Source of the DNA: Marsupella aquatica
Lineage: Eukaryota > Plantae > Marchantiophyta
NCBI GenBank assembly: GCA_973895155.1
Contig: OZ316892.1
Location: 6,376,847 to 6,440,846, forward strand
Reading direction: 5' to 3'
Length of the DNA stretch: 64,000 bases
The first letter of the stretch is position 1. Every line of letters starts with the position of its first letter. This document shows, piece by piece, positions 50,202 to 62,000 of the stretch. Below the pieces are notes generated by a model that saw only the letters and a program-made list of their open reading frames with translations, made no database searches and was not told the DNA's origin. The translations under genes and the position numbers were made by a program.

Positions 50202-50600
50202 ATGGCCAACAGGCAGAGAACCAAGGTTAAATTGAGTGAATGCGATGATGGGTCCTACATGTTGCTTTGGCAAGATGCCCAAGCTGAACACGAGGCTCCT
50301 CCCATCCAACGGAGGACAACCTTAGACGAGATCCGATCTGATTTCCCTGAGTTTTGTCGTGTGGTCACAGAATGTCACGATGACCTCAATCCAGTTGTAC
50401 CTTTGGACCAACTTTTGATTTGTGCTGCATATAGTTATGTGGATAGTGTGAAGAAGCGGAAATGTTACCAAGTGTACACGCACTTGGCTTGGGTATGTGG
50501 GTATGCAGAGCGAACAAAGTTCCCAGATGCAGTGGAAGCAGTCATCAAAGCAACATGGCATGACCCACATGAGGAATTTGTAGGATTTCGCCCATATTAG
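50202..50600 (+). CDS. KolX-like / P2X7 C-terminal (ballast) domain-like protein, 132 aa
   Basis: The C-terminus KRKCYQVYTHLAWVCGYAERTKFPDAVEAVIKATWHDPHEEFVGFRPY fits the R..AY....W..G...R...P.CV...IR..FP.P.G.Y.GF pattern of KolX/P2RX7_C. It is preceded by an intron (GTAATT 50114, branch point TGACTAAC, CAG 50191). The ORF is intact. Confidence 0.7.
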   Translation: MANRQRTKVKLSECDDGSYMLLWQDAQAEHEAPPIQRRTTLDEIRSDFPEFCRVVTECHDDLNPVVPLDQLLICAAYSYVDSVKKRKCYQVYTHLAWVCGYAERTKFPDAVEAVIKATWHDPHEEFVGFRPY

Positions 50601-51515
50601 TCGTTAATCTTGTAATGTCCTTTGCATACTTATAATCTAAATAAAATCCTTTTTTTGGGATTGAACTCTCGCTGGTCGGCAGCACAAGGGGTTCAAATCC
50701 CCTTGGGAGTAATTTGTTCATACATGTGATAAGAAAATTCACCTCTTCTGGTCCATAGATCTAATTCTCAACTATGGATTGTATCTATGTTGTGAGTATC
50801 CTTTTAGAAATGTTGAAAGTCTATAAACTGTTGTCATCCATTAGTTTGGCAGTACCCCCCCTTTTACCAAAATAAAAGTCTTCTTCAAAAAAATGTTGGC
50901 TTTCCAAACTAGGATAATAAGCATAAGTAGTTTGTGTTATTATAATATAATATTGTGTTTTATTTCTCCATAGAATATTTGTGTCACATTATCAAACAAT
51001 TGTGTATACATATGGGTTTATGGTTTACCAAATTTCAGGTTCACAAATTAATGCTTTATACATCGTACCCTAGTTATATTGAACACAATATTTAGGTCCA
51101 ACATGATTAGAATCAAATAAGTCCCCAATTGTACAAAACATAAAAAAACATTTTTGAGAATGAGACAAAGCTAGTTGCACCAATGTATTACAACTTGTAC
51201 ATGACACAAGAAAACAAATCAATAATAAATAATGTATATAATGTTGTACAATCATGCTAAACACTAAAAATACCAAGTGCCTCTATAATTATATGGAAGT
51301 AAAATGCTCATAGGTCGTAGCTTGATATCTTCAAAGAAACAACTCTCTGCAATAATAACGTGATGCAATCAATTCATATAACAATTAGACTAATTATGAA
51401 CATAAATTAAAAATAGGGTATTTGGTCATATCCATCCTCAATGCAATGTGTGTGAACAAAAACAAATGTGATTTTGAGGGCCAAAAATAATTACCTAATG
51501 TATGTTGGTTTAGGT

Positions 51516-54500
51516 CTAAGGTAGTCCATAGATACGTGCACTCGTCTGCTCCTTCCAACTTGTGGTACGATCCACTAATACTCGTGAATGAGAGGGTCTA
51601 TCGCGAACAACTGTGTTCACTGCACGATGATCATGAACCTTCCAAACATGTCTCCTAATATTTTCATTCCAATCCATAGCAGTACAACATAAGCGCGTGT
51701 CATGAGTAGCTGGAAAATGGATACGCTTTATGGCATACTTGCCCATTACAGAATGAAATGTTTTGGACATGAAGTTCTCACGGGCCATGGTATAAAATCG
51801 CATTTTTTCTGGCCTTATGTACTTGGCCATAAAAGCTTTCATGGCCTTATGAGTTTCCCCACCTGCATAATTTCCAACAACAGAAATGGTTATTTAAATC
51901 CTAATTACTATATCATCCAACATCCAAAATAACACTTTGTCTAAAAATTCATGAATACTCATGGACAGGTGAAGTGTATAAGTTACCTCTCTCATAGTAC
52001 AAGTCCAGCTGTAATGCATTAGGTTCTCCAAGATGCTGACAAGGGCGATCTGATAGTGTCATGCACCTTTCATGATCACCAGCCCAATGATCTGCGCAAT
52101 TTCCTAATTAACTCAAAAGCCAAGGATTCACTATCTCCACCCCTGCATTGCAAAGTAGTGAGAAATTAATATAAACAAAGTACATATTGAATGTACCAAA
52201 TATTTATGAAGCTAGCATTACAAACAATATGCAAGACTTTAGTATTGGCATACCTATTTTTACATGTTCGGGAACACACATAGAACCAGGTCTTAAATTT
52301 GTTTGCCAAATTGTGCTCTGTTAACTCTGGAAACTTCAGACCACGCGTAGCAATATGTACAAGGTCCTCCTCAGGCAACCCAAGCAAATCAGCAACTCGA
52401 TGAACTAACTCTTCCTTCCTCAGGTTAGAGTAGCCTCTAATACCCCGATCCTTCAACCAGTCTTTCAATTTTTTTATTTGTAACGGCTTGCAAATTAGAA
52501 CGAGATGTCACAGTGTCTATGTCAATGGTAAGGGTAAATGTGACACTTGACAACTTGTCCACAAATTTCCTTACCAGATTTTTTGCCTTGTGCCATAAAT
52601 CCTTCTGGTTTGTAAATCCCATGTCCTTAATAATTCTATCAATGATACCTTTATCATCATGGATAACCTCTGTAATGACCACTCCTGCGTTCGTAAGAGT
52701 ATCTAGTACCCTTCTTGCTCCTATCTCCTCCATGTACCAAGAATTATTCTCTTCCCTTCTGCTCACAGTGGTCATCTCAAGAACCCTATTATCGTAACTA
52801 TCAATGATAGAGGAAGTACCATGATACCCACTCCGAGAAGAATCCCAACGACAATCTAGATACACAACTAGTCCAGGATCTGCAAGAAAACCAAGAATAT
52901 ATTATGCGCGGAAAAAGTATTCTCAAAATTCATTCAATCATAGTATAATGCATACATGTCTTTCATGTTTGATCAAAACCTTTGTAACGACGATAAAAAA
53001 TACAATTTTGCGGTACAAAACTTAAAAAACTGAACTAAATTATACATATATTAACTTAAATTAGTAGTTTAATTTGAAGACCTTCATGTACTGCACGTTG
53101 CTGCTCAAGTCGGGTTTTTACATCCTCCCACACCTTGCTTTTGTTTACCTCCCATTGCTGCTTTACAGCATCTATCCATCCTACTTGAGGTCGTCGTCTT
53201 CCACTCTGAAAATCATGCCAATGGGTTGCAGAGGGAACATGCAAACCTAAATGCGATGTCAATGCGGCTAGAGCTGTAAATGTAAGACCAGCACATAGAG
53301 TGGAATGATACAGCATAGGAGTAATCAATGGTGAATTCCTCCCAGACTCATTCTCACCAGTGACAAACGTCCACCCATGTCCATGTTGCCCACAACTGAT
53401 CCTAATAGACCAAACTTGTTGCAACTCACCAATACGCTCCACTGTAGGAGTCAATGCACATCCAGGTATATGACACGTAGGAAGTAGTCTCTGAACAAAA
53501 GTATGAACTAGTTGTCGTTCAAAAAATGCTACTGTAGCCGGTCGACGAGGTGGAGACCTACGTGTAACGGGTGGATCAAAGGTAGGTGGTTCCGATTGCG
53601 AGTTTGGGACTAAGGATGGTTGTGAGGCAGATCGTTCCGGTGATTGGGAATCCAAGTTTACCACCTCCTAATTCAATACAAATATTTATATTATTAAAAG
53701 GAATACAAATAAAACACAAAGTGTCACAGGTGTAAAAATAGAGTGTGGTTGGAAAAACTTAATGGGTATGGATTGTAAATTGTTGCACCTCCTCCACAAC
53801 CTCCTCGTGTATAGGAGCTCCTAAAGCATGAAGAACCGTTGTGTCTTCATCTCGAAACATGGCTTCATCCTCTGCATCTGATGGGTATTGCTCAACAATA
53901 TGCTCCTGCAATTCCTCTTGCTCTTCCGTCAGTGCATCACTTGTTACAGACTGTTGACTCTGTAAAAAATAACCAAAGATGTAACAACATTATGGACTGG
54001 TTATGGTTTTGGAAAATAGGACTTGCAAAAGTCCACATCAACAACCCTAAAGAAAAAATTATCCCAAAACAACACAAGCAAAACAAAGAAAAAATAATGT
54101 ACCACATAGAAATAAATTTCTTTTTACGTTGAATAAATACAGAAATAATGTAGAAGACATAACAGAATTATTTACAAACATACATCACGTAAATCCGTAA
54201 GCTGGCCCTGACTGCTGCTAGGATCCATAAAACTCGATGAAGCTCCAATGTCGGTCGCTGATGCAAGTTCATCTTGTAGCATTCTAGCAACTTGCGCTAC
54301 TTGCCATCTCCTCAAATGCTCAACCCTATCTCGCACTTCATGAAACAACCACTCAATGACAGTTGAGTGTGTAGTATGTTCATCACCAAGTAAGACTCTC
54401 AATTCCTCCCAGTCATTCCACAAGTGAAGAGGGACTCGGATTGCAGGCCTTGCATCCGGTCTCCGAACCCTTTTATAGTGTATGTGATCACTAGGGTATT

Positions 54501-54582
54501 TTTTTCTCGGAGGGCCACCACCTTGAGGAGGGCGCTTTCGCTGGTGTGAGGGACGATGACGTGGATCATCCTCTGTACTCAT
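51516..54582 (-). pseudogene. Kolobok-type DDE transposase, ~760 aa after repairing two +1 frameshifts; exons 54582-54184, 53959-53789, 53667-53082 (or 53097), 52879-52254, 52142-51987, 51862-51516
   Basis: Motifs in order: IRVPLHLWNDWEELR..HSTVIEWLF; CHIPGC..CGQHGHGW; VVYLDCRWDSSRSGYHG (D1); SWYMEEIG; EVIHDDK (D2); KDLWHKAKN; LKDWLKDRGIRGYSNLRKEELV (HeH/SAP-like); HWAGDHERC; MSKTFHSVMGKYAIKRIHF (E position = K); RLCCTAMDWNENIRR. Introns are GT-AG and phase-consistent. Confidence 0.8.
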
Positions 54583-55220
54583 GGTGAAAAAATATAGTCT
54601 CTACCGCATTTGACTCAAATCATCAGCTGGAAAAAAGTTGGATGTCAAACACTTAGAAGTACTAGCAAAATATCATTTAAAAACAGATAACAAACAACAA
54701 TGACCACATAGTGGTGCATTAATAATGTACAAGGTGGCTTTATGCCTCTTTATGCATGGTTCACCTCATGGCCAATGTACTCTTCTTTTCATTTTATGGG
54801 CTCCTCACAATTCTTTGTCTAAGCTCTCCTTTCATACACCGAGCACACATTCTTTGTAAACATACAGATTGTCAAAAGTAGTGGCTACTCCCTTCCTTCT
54901 AATGAACTAGTGTGCACATATTTTTTGGAAAAACACATATTGTAGAGAGCTTCCGCTACTCCCCTACCTCCTTCTTACGAGTACATATACAAGGACATAT
55001 ATAGTGAAACATGTACAGTAAAAAGCAAGTGACAAGCACAGACTCTTGCACCTCCGTTTGACTCCCGCGCCTCTGTTCGACTCTCACACCGTACCGCCTC
55101 TACTTCGCACCTCCTCACCTCGCCTCTCTTTCCTTCGGGGCTGCGACGACGAGCCCCTCCTCTACCTTGCCTTCATCTTCATGCACGCCACAATTTGCAA
55201 AAGCAACAGCGCTTGTTCTA

Positions 55221-55727
55221 CGGTGCCGACAAAGTTTGATCCTAGGCCCTCCCGGCTGCGAGTGAGTGACATAACCAATAGAGCCGTCCAGGCTGTTCGA
55301 TTGTTAGTAAACATGAAATAATATTTGAACAGGATCTAATTCATAAGTCCTTCATTAGGAGCGGGTAGCCTCGGCACTCCGCTCGCCATGTGTCCAGGTA
55401 ATATTCGTCGGCCCTAACTGCCCTCCCCTACCTCGTCACTCTTTCCTTCCAGGCGCTGCAACAATGCACCCCGCCCCCCATATTTAGAGTTCATCAAAAG
55501 GCCAAGCGTGACCTCCGGCGTCGACGAGGTTTGATCCCTGGACCTCCTGGGTGCAAGTGAGAGTGTGTTACCAGCAGAGCCGTCCAGGCTGTTCGAGTGT
55601 GAATGCAAACAAAAGCGTATATGAACATAAGGGAGATCCTCAGTAGGCCTGCGTTGGCTTAGGATTGCCTCGGCCCTCTGTCCGCCATGTGTGGCTGCTA
55701 TGGCTCATCATCCCCAACCTGCCCTCC
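55221..55727. repeat. Diverged direct repeat with ~296-bp period, upstream of the transposase
   Basis: Exact 21-mer AGAGCCGTCCAGGCTGTTCGA at 55280 and 55576, with colinear GTTTGATCC, GCCTCGGC, CGCCATGTGT and CTGCCCTCC blocks. Confidence 0.85.
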
Positions 55728-55780
55728 GTCGGGCTAATCTAAGAGCCCATCTTCTTTCCTGCCATGTGTAGGGTCAAAAG

Positions 55781-55842
55781 GGGAGAGGTTTGAACACACG
55801 ACCTCCTCATTGGCAAGGAACAACACTACCAATGGAACAGCT
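55781..55842 (-). other. Degenerate tRNA-like / SINE-head sequence
   Basis: The minus strand reads AGCTGTTCCATTGGTAGTG (A-box-like) ... GAGGTCGTGTGTTCAAACCTC (B-box/T-arm-like). No intact cloverleaf. Confidence 0.35.
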
Positions 55843-55894
55843 CAACGTCATGCCTGAAGTGTCGGCACCAACTGGTAATAAACAAGTTTCAAAA

Positions 55895-56625
55895 TGTAGT
55901 GACCCGGTAAGCCAGCCTGGCAGTCGCGACTGTCTAGCCGGGCTGCCCGAGGGCAATTCTGCCCGTGTGCCTTGCTTCTCCGTACATTACTCGCGTATCA
56001 CTACTTTGTTCTGTGTATAATGAGGGGCTACGGGTTACCCATAGCCTCTTATACTGGCAGCTGTGGTTTAACTGGCAAGTTCTCATCCCACCTTGTGTAC
56101 ACACAAGTTTTCACAACTTGTTGTTTAGATTCAAGCGACAGGGGGCTTTATACACTTTCCGGTTTGCTTAGAGCCTTGTTTCGGGCCAAATCAGAGGCTC
56201 TTTAGAGGTTTTTGATAGTTCTAAGTTCATCTAAATACACAGATTGAACCAATTGTGCATGGTTTCTCATCTATAACATTGGGACATCATGAAGCCTATT
56301 ATGAAGGCCTTTCATTGAATATTATGAATATTTGTTTGATCAATGTATGATCACTCTTGGTGTGGAGAGTTAGTGTTTGACTATTCTTGTTGATTGGATC
56401 CTCTCCACACTTGTTTCCTGTTTATGCGCCATGTTGGTTCGGTGTGGGCGCTTGATTCCATAGGAGTGATCCAGGTTTGCAACTGGACATTCTAGTGTGC
56501 TGTGTATTTCTCTCCTGGTGATGTTGGAGTGATGCCCAACACACCATGGTGAGTGCTTGTGGTGCTGACAGGGATAGATTGCCCTTAGGGTTAGCACATA
56601 GATTAGGTTAGGGTTGGTCACCACG
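55895..56625 (+). mobile_element. Ty3/gypsy 5' LTR (~730 bp)
   Basis: Starts TGTAGTGACC and ends GGTCACCACG (imperfect inverted repeat; the terminal CA appears mutated). It is immediately followed by gag. Confidence 0.65.
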
Positions 56626-58506
56626 GATTCTTCTGGTGCTGCTGGATTACCCGATGGACGACGGACCGGTTTCACTCGGAGTGGGGCACAGTTTCGGCCA
56701 TCGGCATTGGTAGCAATCAGCAGTGTAGCTTCAGATAGTGATTCTGATGAGGACTCAGTGACCAATTCTCCTCATCATCAGGTGGTTGCACCTTTGTTGT
56801 GGGATATGGACGAGATGTACGGGGCTACAAAGGGCCCACGACGATACTCTGGTGCAATTGGCACAATTGATCTGGATGACTTCATCCAGGAGTTTGATAC
56901 GTGGTGCGATATGCAGACATTGCGTAACGTCACGTTGTTTACCCTTTTCATGGCATGGAAGGGATTATTCCAACATTTGGAGGGGCCACCCATGGATGAC
57001 TACCATGAATTTTGGAAGGCTCATTTGGTTGAGATTGAGGCATGGAGGCAGCATTGGTCGCCTAATTACGTGTCCATCACCTATGGCACTAGTGCGGCTG
57101 CCCAACCCATTGCCATAGCTGTTGCTTCTTCTAGCAGCACTAGCCAGAGTGGCACACCATCCACCAGCAGCACTCCAGTAGCATCCACCGCTACTCCTGC
57201 CGGTGTGATTGTGACAAGAACTGGAGTTGCGCCAGTATTTAACCCTGTGGTGGAATTCTTTGAGGTACTGAAGCAGAACTATCAGGGTGTGAGAACTGAT
57301 AAGTTGAAGGGTCTTCAGGAGTTCCAACGCAAGATTGGAGAGAGCCTACGTGAGGCATACACACGTATGCGCAGATTGATCACTGTCACCTAGGGAGTGA
57401 CAGAGGCTCAGGCAGTCCAGTTTTGGTATGCAATTCTGGACAAAGAATTGCGACGTAGAGTAAGAGATGTCACTTTGCTTAGGGATGCAGATCCCACATT
57501 AGCAGTTGTTTTTACACTTTCTGAGCGCATTGAGCTCAATATGGTGAATGAGAAGGTGGTGACTTCCGGATTTGCCAAGGAAGCACCAAAGGCTGCATCC
57601 ACATCCACACTACAACCTACTGCACAAGAGTCTACCAGCCAGAGACATGTGCCCTCTTATGCTGGACAACAGTCAGGATGTTGGACCTGTGGTGGGGATC
57701 ATGCACAGAGAGATTGTCCAGATCATAGAGGATCAGGGGGAGCATCAGCGCCTGATCAACGACAGTGTGATCATTGTGGAGCTCCTGGACACACCAAGGA
57801 TAGGTGTTTCTCACTCCATCCTGAGTTACGGAGAGGAGAATCCCGTACACATGATCAGGGAAGAGGAGGAGGAGGTAGAGGTGGTGGACGTGGTCGTGGC
57901 ATGCCACATGCAGGGAGACAGGGAGGTGACGCTGCCCCTACTGTAACCATAGATCCAAAGGATGCTAAGATTGCTCAATTGGAGCAACAACTAGCTGCCA
58001 TGGCTAGTTCCCAGGTGAGACCTACTTCTGGTGATGGGGCATCAACATCCTATGGACCTTCCACATCCCATGGTCCTTCCACATCTTATGGAGCTGATGG
58101 AGACCTTGTCACCATGGGACTCATGTGTGGCACTGCACATATTGATGCATCAACAGCTTTGACACGTGGGGCAGCCAAAGCTCTTGAGCCCCGAGGAGCA
58201 GTAGTGGAGTTAGATCCACAAAGGGGGGATGCACGTCGGTAGACAAAGCTTCCTCAGTCTTTTACATTGTCAGAGATAGTTCAGACTGCCTCTATGAACC
58301 CGGTTCGGACAAACCCTGATGTGGGTAAGTTGGCAGAATCACGTAGTGATGTAGCAGGGATGACAGGTACCTTGCTGGGGGCGGCTACTGCCATGGTACG
58401 TGCCCCATTATTTTCAGTGATAGACATGCTGAACTTGGGAGTTGGTCCTGCAGAAGTGTTCAGATTGGCAGCTACACTCTGTGAGGACACTCCAGTGGTT
58501 GCTTCC
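56626..58506 (+). pseudogene. Ty3/gypsy gag (capsid + two zinc knuckles) with in-frame stops, cut by the Copia insertion
   Basis: PRRYSG..DLDDFIQEFDTWC, FQRKIGESLREAYTRMRRL, CWTCGGDHAQRDC, CDHCGAPGHTKDRC and an RGG-rich tail. Single TAG stops at 57391 and 58240 lie in one continuous frame. Confidence 0.8.
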
Positions 58507-58834
58507 TGTTGAACTAAGACGTCATTCGCAACGACCATACAACCATGACTCATTCCATGCACACGTAACACAATCTCTACGTGGTTCACCTCCTCTCCAA
58601 GGCTACGTCCACACGAACACTCAAGCTTTACTTCAAGAGTAGACGAACACACATGCTCTCCCCCTTTCTCAAGTTGCTCCGTTACAATGAGTAAGCACCA
58701 CACACCAGCGGCTTACACTAGCCCTGGTATATACAAGGTCACACACGACTAAACTAACCTCAACTAAGACCCTAACTGTGGTTAGCCTAAGTGCCATAAC
58801 CTTTGAGTCACAAGACTAAGAGCAATCCTTAACA
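58507..58834 (-). mobile_element. Ty1/copia 3' LTR (328 bp) with polypurine tract
   Basis: TGTTG...TAACA termini. Minus-strand PPT AAGGGGGAGTT is directly adjacent (58835-58845). Left flank (expected TSD) is CTTCC. Confidence 0.85.
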
Positions 58835-59038
58835 AACTCCCCCTTGACTCTAGTCTTGGGGACTGCAATTTCTGCTATCCATATGAGATCCTCAACGGGA
58901 AATTCTAGACAATCACCTAAAACCATAGGTGTCCCCCTAAAAACCATTTAAGGTTAACTAAGAGTTAACTAGAATTAAGCCGTAGCCATAACAGGATTGA
59001 GTAACTCATATACAAAAATCACATCTTGTTAAGTTACT

Positions 59039-62000
59039 CTACTTGTGCTGCAAATGCAAAACCTGCAAAGTAGCACGGTGTCTTGAGTAACTCTCCAAAG
59101 GAATCACTTTGGTAAAAGCATCAGCCGGGTTGAGTTTTCCATCAATCTTGACTAGCTCAAACATTTTATCAGACACTGCTTGCCTAATAAAATGGTACCT
59201 GATGTCAATGTGCTTCACCCTGCTATCCATCACTTGGTTAATAGCTAGGTGAAGCGCACTCTGGCTGTCACAATGAAGAGCCATTTTTCCATGCTCCAAT
59301 CCCATCTCAGTGACCAGCTTATCCAACCAAATTGCTTCCTTTGCTGCTTCTGCTGCTGCAACATATTCTGCTTCTGTAGTAGACTGAGATACACACTTTT
59401 GCAAGGTAGATCTCCAACTTATGCATCCTCCTCCAAGAGTAAACACATACCCAGTCGTTGACCTCCTTGTTTCCAGACAGCCTCCGTAGTCAGAATCTAC
59501 ATAGCCAACCAAAGATTTGGTTTTGTTTGATCTACTATCAAACAACAGACCATAGTCTATTGTGCCCTTAAGATACCTGAGAATCCATTTCACAGCCTCC
59601 CAATGTACCTTCCCTGGATTTGACATGAATCTACTCACTTTGCCCATTGCTAGGGCTAGATCAGGCCTGGTACATGTCATCAAATACATTAGACTGCCCA
59701 CTACCTTCTCATAAGGAACCTTAGTCATCAAGCCTCTCTCCACTGGATCCGTGGGGCAGAAAGCCGATGATAACTTGAAATGTGGAGCCAAATGAATACT
59801 TACTGGCTTACAATTTTCCATGTTGAATCTTGCAAGTACCTTTTTAGCATACTTGCCTTGATTCAGCCACAATTGTCCAGTTTCAAAGTTCCTCGTAATC
59901 TCCATACCTAAGATCCTCTTGGCTTTCCCAAGATCCTTCATTCGGAATTCAAAACTCAATTTTGCTTTGAGTTTGTCAACCTCAGTTTGATCCTTAGCCG
60001 CAATCAACATGTCATCCACATAGAGCACTAGAATGAGCAAACCAAACACACTATTCTTGACTGATTTCGTATACACACAAGGGTCATACACCATCCTAGT
60101 GAATCCTTGTGCAAGCATGAAATCATCAAACCGCTTGTTCCACTGTCGAGGAGCTTGCTTCAATCCATACAAGGACTTAAGTAACCTGCAAACTAAACTC
60201 TCTTGACCCTTCTTCACAAAGCCCAGTGGTTGCCTCATGAAAATTTGTTCCTCCAAGGTGTCATAGAGAAAAGCAGTAACAACATCCATTTGATCTAACA
60301 CCAGATCAAAAAACATAACAAGTTGACACAAAATTCTTATCGTGGAATACTTGGCAACTGGAGAGAAGACCTCATTGTAATCCACTCCCTTCTCCTGAGT
60401 GAATCCTTTGGCAACAAGCCTTGCCTTGTATATCTTGTCTCCTCCATTTGAGAGTTGTCCTTCAGCTTGTAAATCCACTTGCTATCCACCACTTGTTGAT
60501 CACTTGGCAGTTGCACCAGCTCCCATGTTTTGTTATCACATAAAGATTGCAACTCCCTCTGCATTGCTGCATTCCATTCATCTTTCTCGTCTGAAATGCT
60601 TGCCTCATGATATGAAGACGGTTCTCCTTCTTCCAAGATCAGTGCTCTGTCATCATCATCCGGTGCAATGTCAGCATCATCTAACCTTGATGAATCTGTC
60701 CATTGTCCATACCTTGTAGGAGCTCGAGTAGTTCACCTTGATTTTCTAGCTAATGATTCTGGTTGATCTTGTTCCGTTGGTTGATTTTGAGGTATTCCAA
60801 CAACAACCTGCTCTTCTTGTTCCATCATCGGAACCAGCTCCATTATCGGAGCACCTTCTTCAACTATGTCATAAAAACCCTCATGACCAATCTTCCCCTC
60901 AACATGGTCCAGGATAGGAGATTTACCTTTGTCAGTACGGGAAGTCTGTGCATTCTCCCCCTCCTTTGATGATCTGGATTCATTAAAGGATACATCTCTA
61001 CTGACAAGCAATGTACAAGCTGCTGGATCCCATAGCCTGTAACCTTTCACACCTGGTTGATAACCAAGAAAAAGACACTTCTTGGAAGTAGAATCTAGTT
61101 TAGATCGATTTTGCTTAGGTGTGAGAGCATATGCATCACTTCCAAAGACTCTCAAAACTTGATAGTCTGCGTGCCGTCCATACCTCATTTCAAACGGCAT
61201 CTTGAAATTGATTGCACTTGAAGGAGAAAGATTTACCAAATAAGTTGCCGTATTTACAACTTCAGCCCAAAATTCATGCGGTAAACCTGATTGGCTCAAC
61301 ATACTCCTCGATGGCTCCAATAGTGTTCGGTTTAGCCGCTCACAAACACCATTTTGTTGAGGAGTATAAACTGTTGTGAGATGACGAGTAATCCCTTGCT
61401 CTGCACAGTACAGTTCAAATTCACTTGAACTGTACTCCCCGCCATTATCTGATCGTAGATATCTCACCTTGGATCCAGTTTGATTCTCAATTTGGGCTTT
61501 CCACTTCTTAAAAGTGTCAAAAACTTCAGACTTTGCGTGTAGAAATGTGATCCACACATACCGTGAGTAATCATCAATAAACGTGACATAGTACAATTTT
61601 CCAAAAAATGAGGGAGTTGGGGCTGGACCCCACACATCACTATGTACATACTCAAGTATAGCTTTGGTATTGTGAGTTCCAACACCAAAGGTTCTCCTGT
61701 GCTGCTTCCCAAGCACACAGTGTTCACAAAAATCTAACTTAGTAGATTCTAAATTAGAAAGAAGTCCTTTCCTACGAAGTACCGCCAAACCTTTTTCACT
61801 CATGTGTCCCAATCTATAGTGCCACAACTGAGTCATCTCGCCTTGAGATCTAGTTACATTGGTTTCTTCACGAATCACGTTGCCCTCCAACAAGTATAGA
61901 TTCCTGTGCCGCTTACCCTTCATGACAACCTTGCTTCCGGTTGACACTTGAAGAATACCATCAGCAGAATTCCACCAACATCCATTTGCTTCCAGCATTC

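Larger units (their letters stand above)
47662..55894. mobile_element. Kolobok-like DNA transposon (convergent transposase + KolX-like gene); right end probably displaced out of the window
   Basis: Two convergent genes with Kolobok-type motifs (see the 50202-50600 and 51516-54582 entries). Candidate left end TCAA|GGGACGCTCAC at 47662 resembles TTAA-(A)GGGAC Kolobok termini. A subterminal repeat array follows. No matching right TIR is in the window, so the boundaries are tentative. Confidence 0.65.

Noticed and set aside
55781-55842. Possible tRNA gene
   Set aside because: Acceptor and anticodon stems do not form; kept only as a low-confidence tRNA-derived relic.
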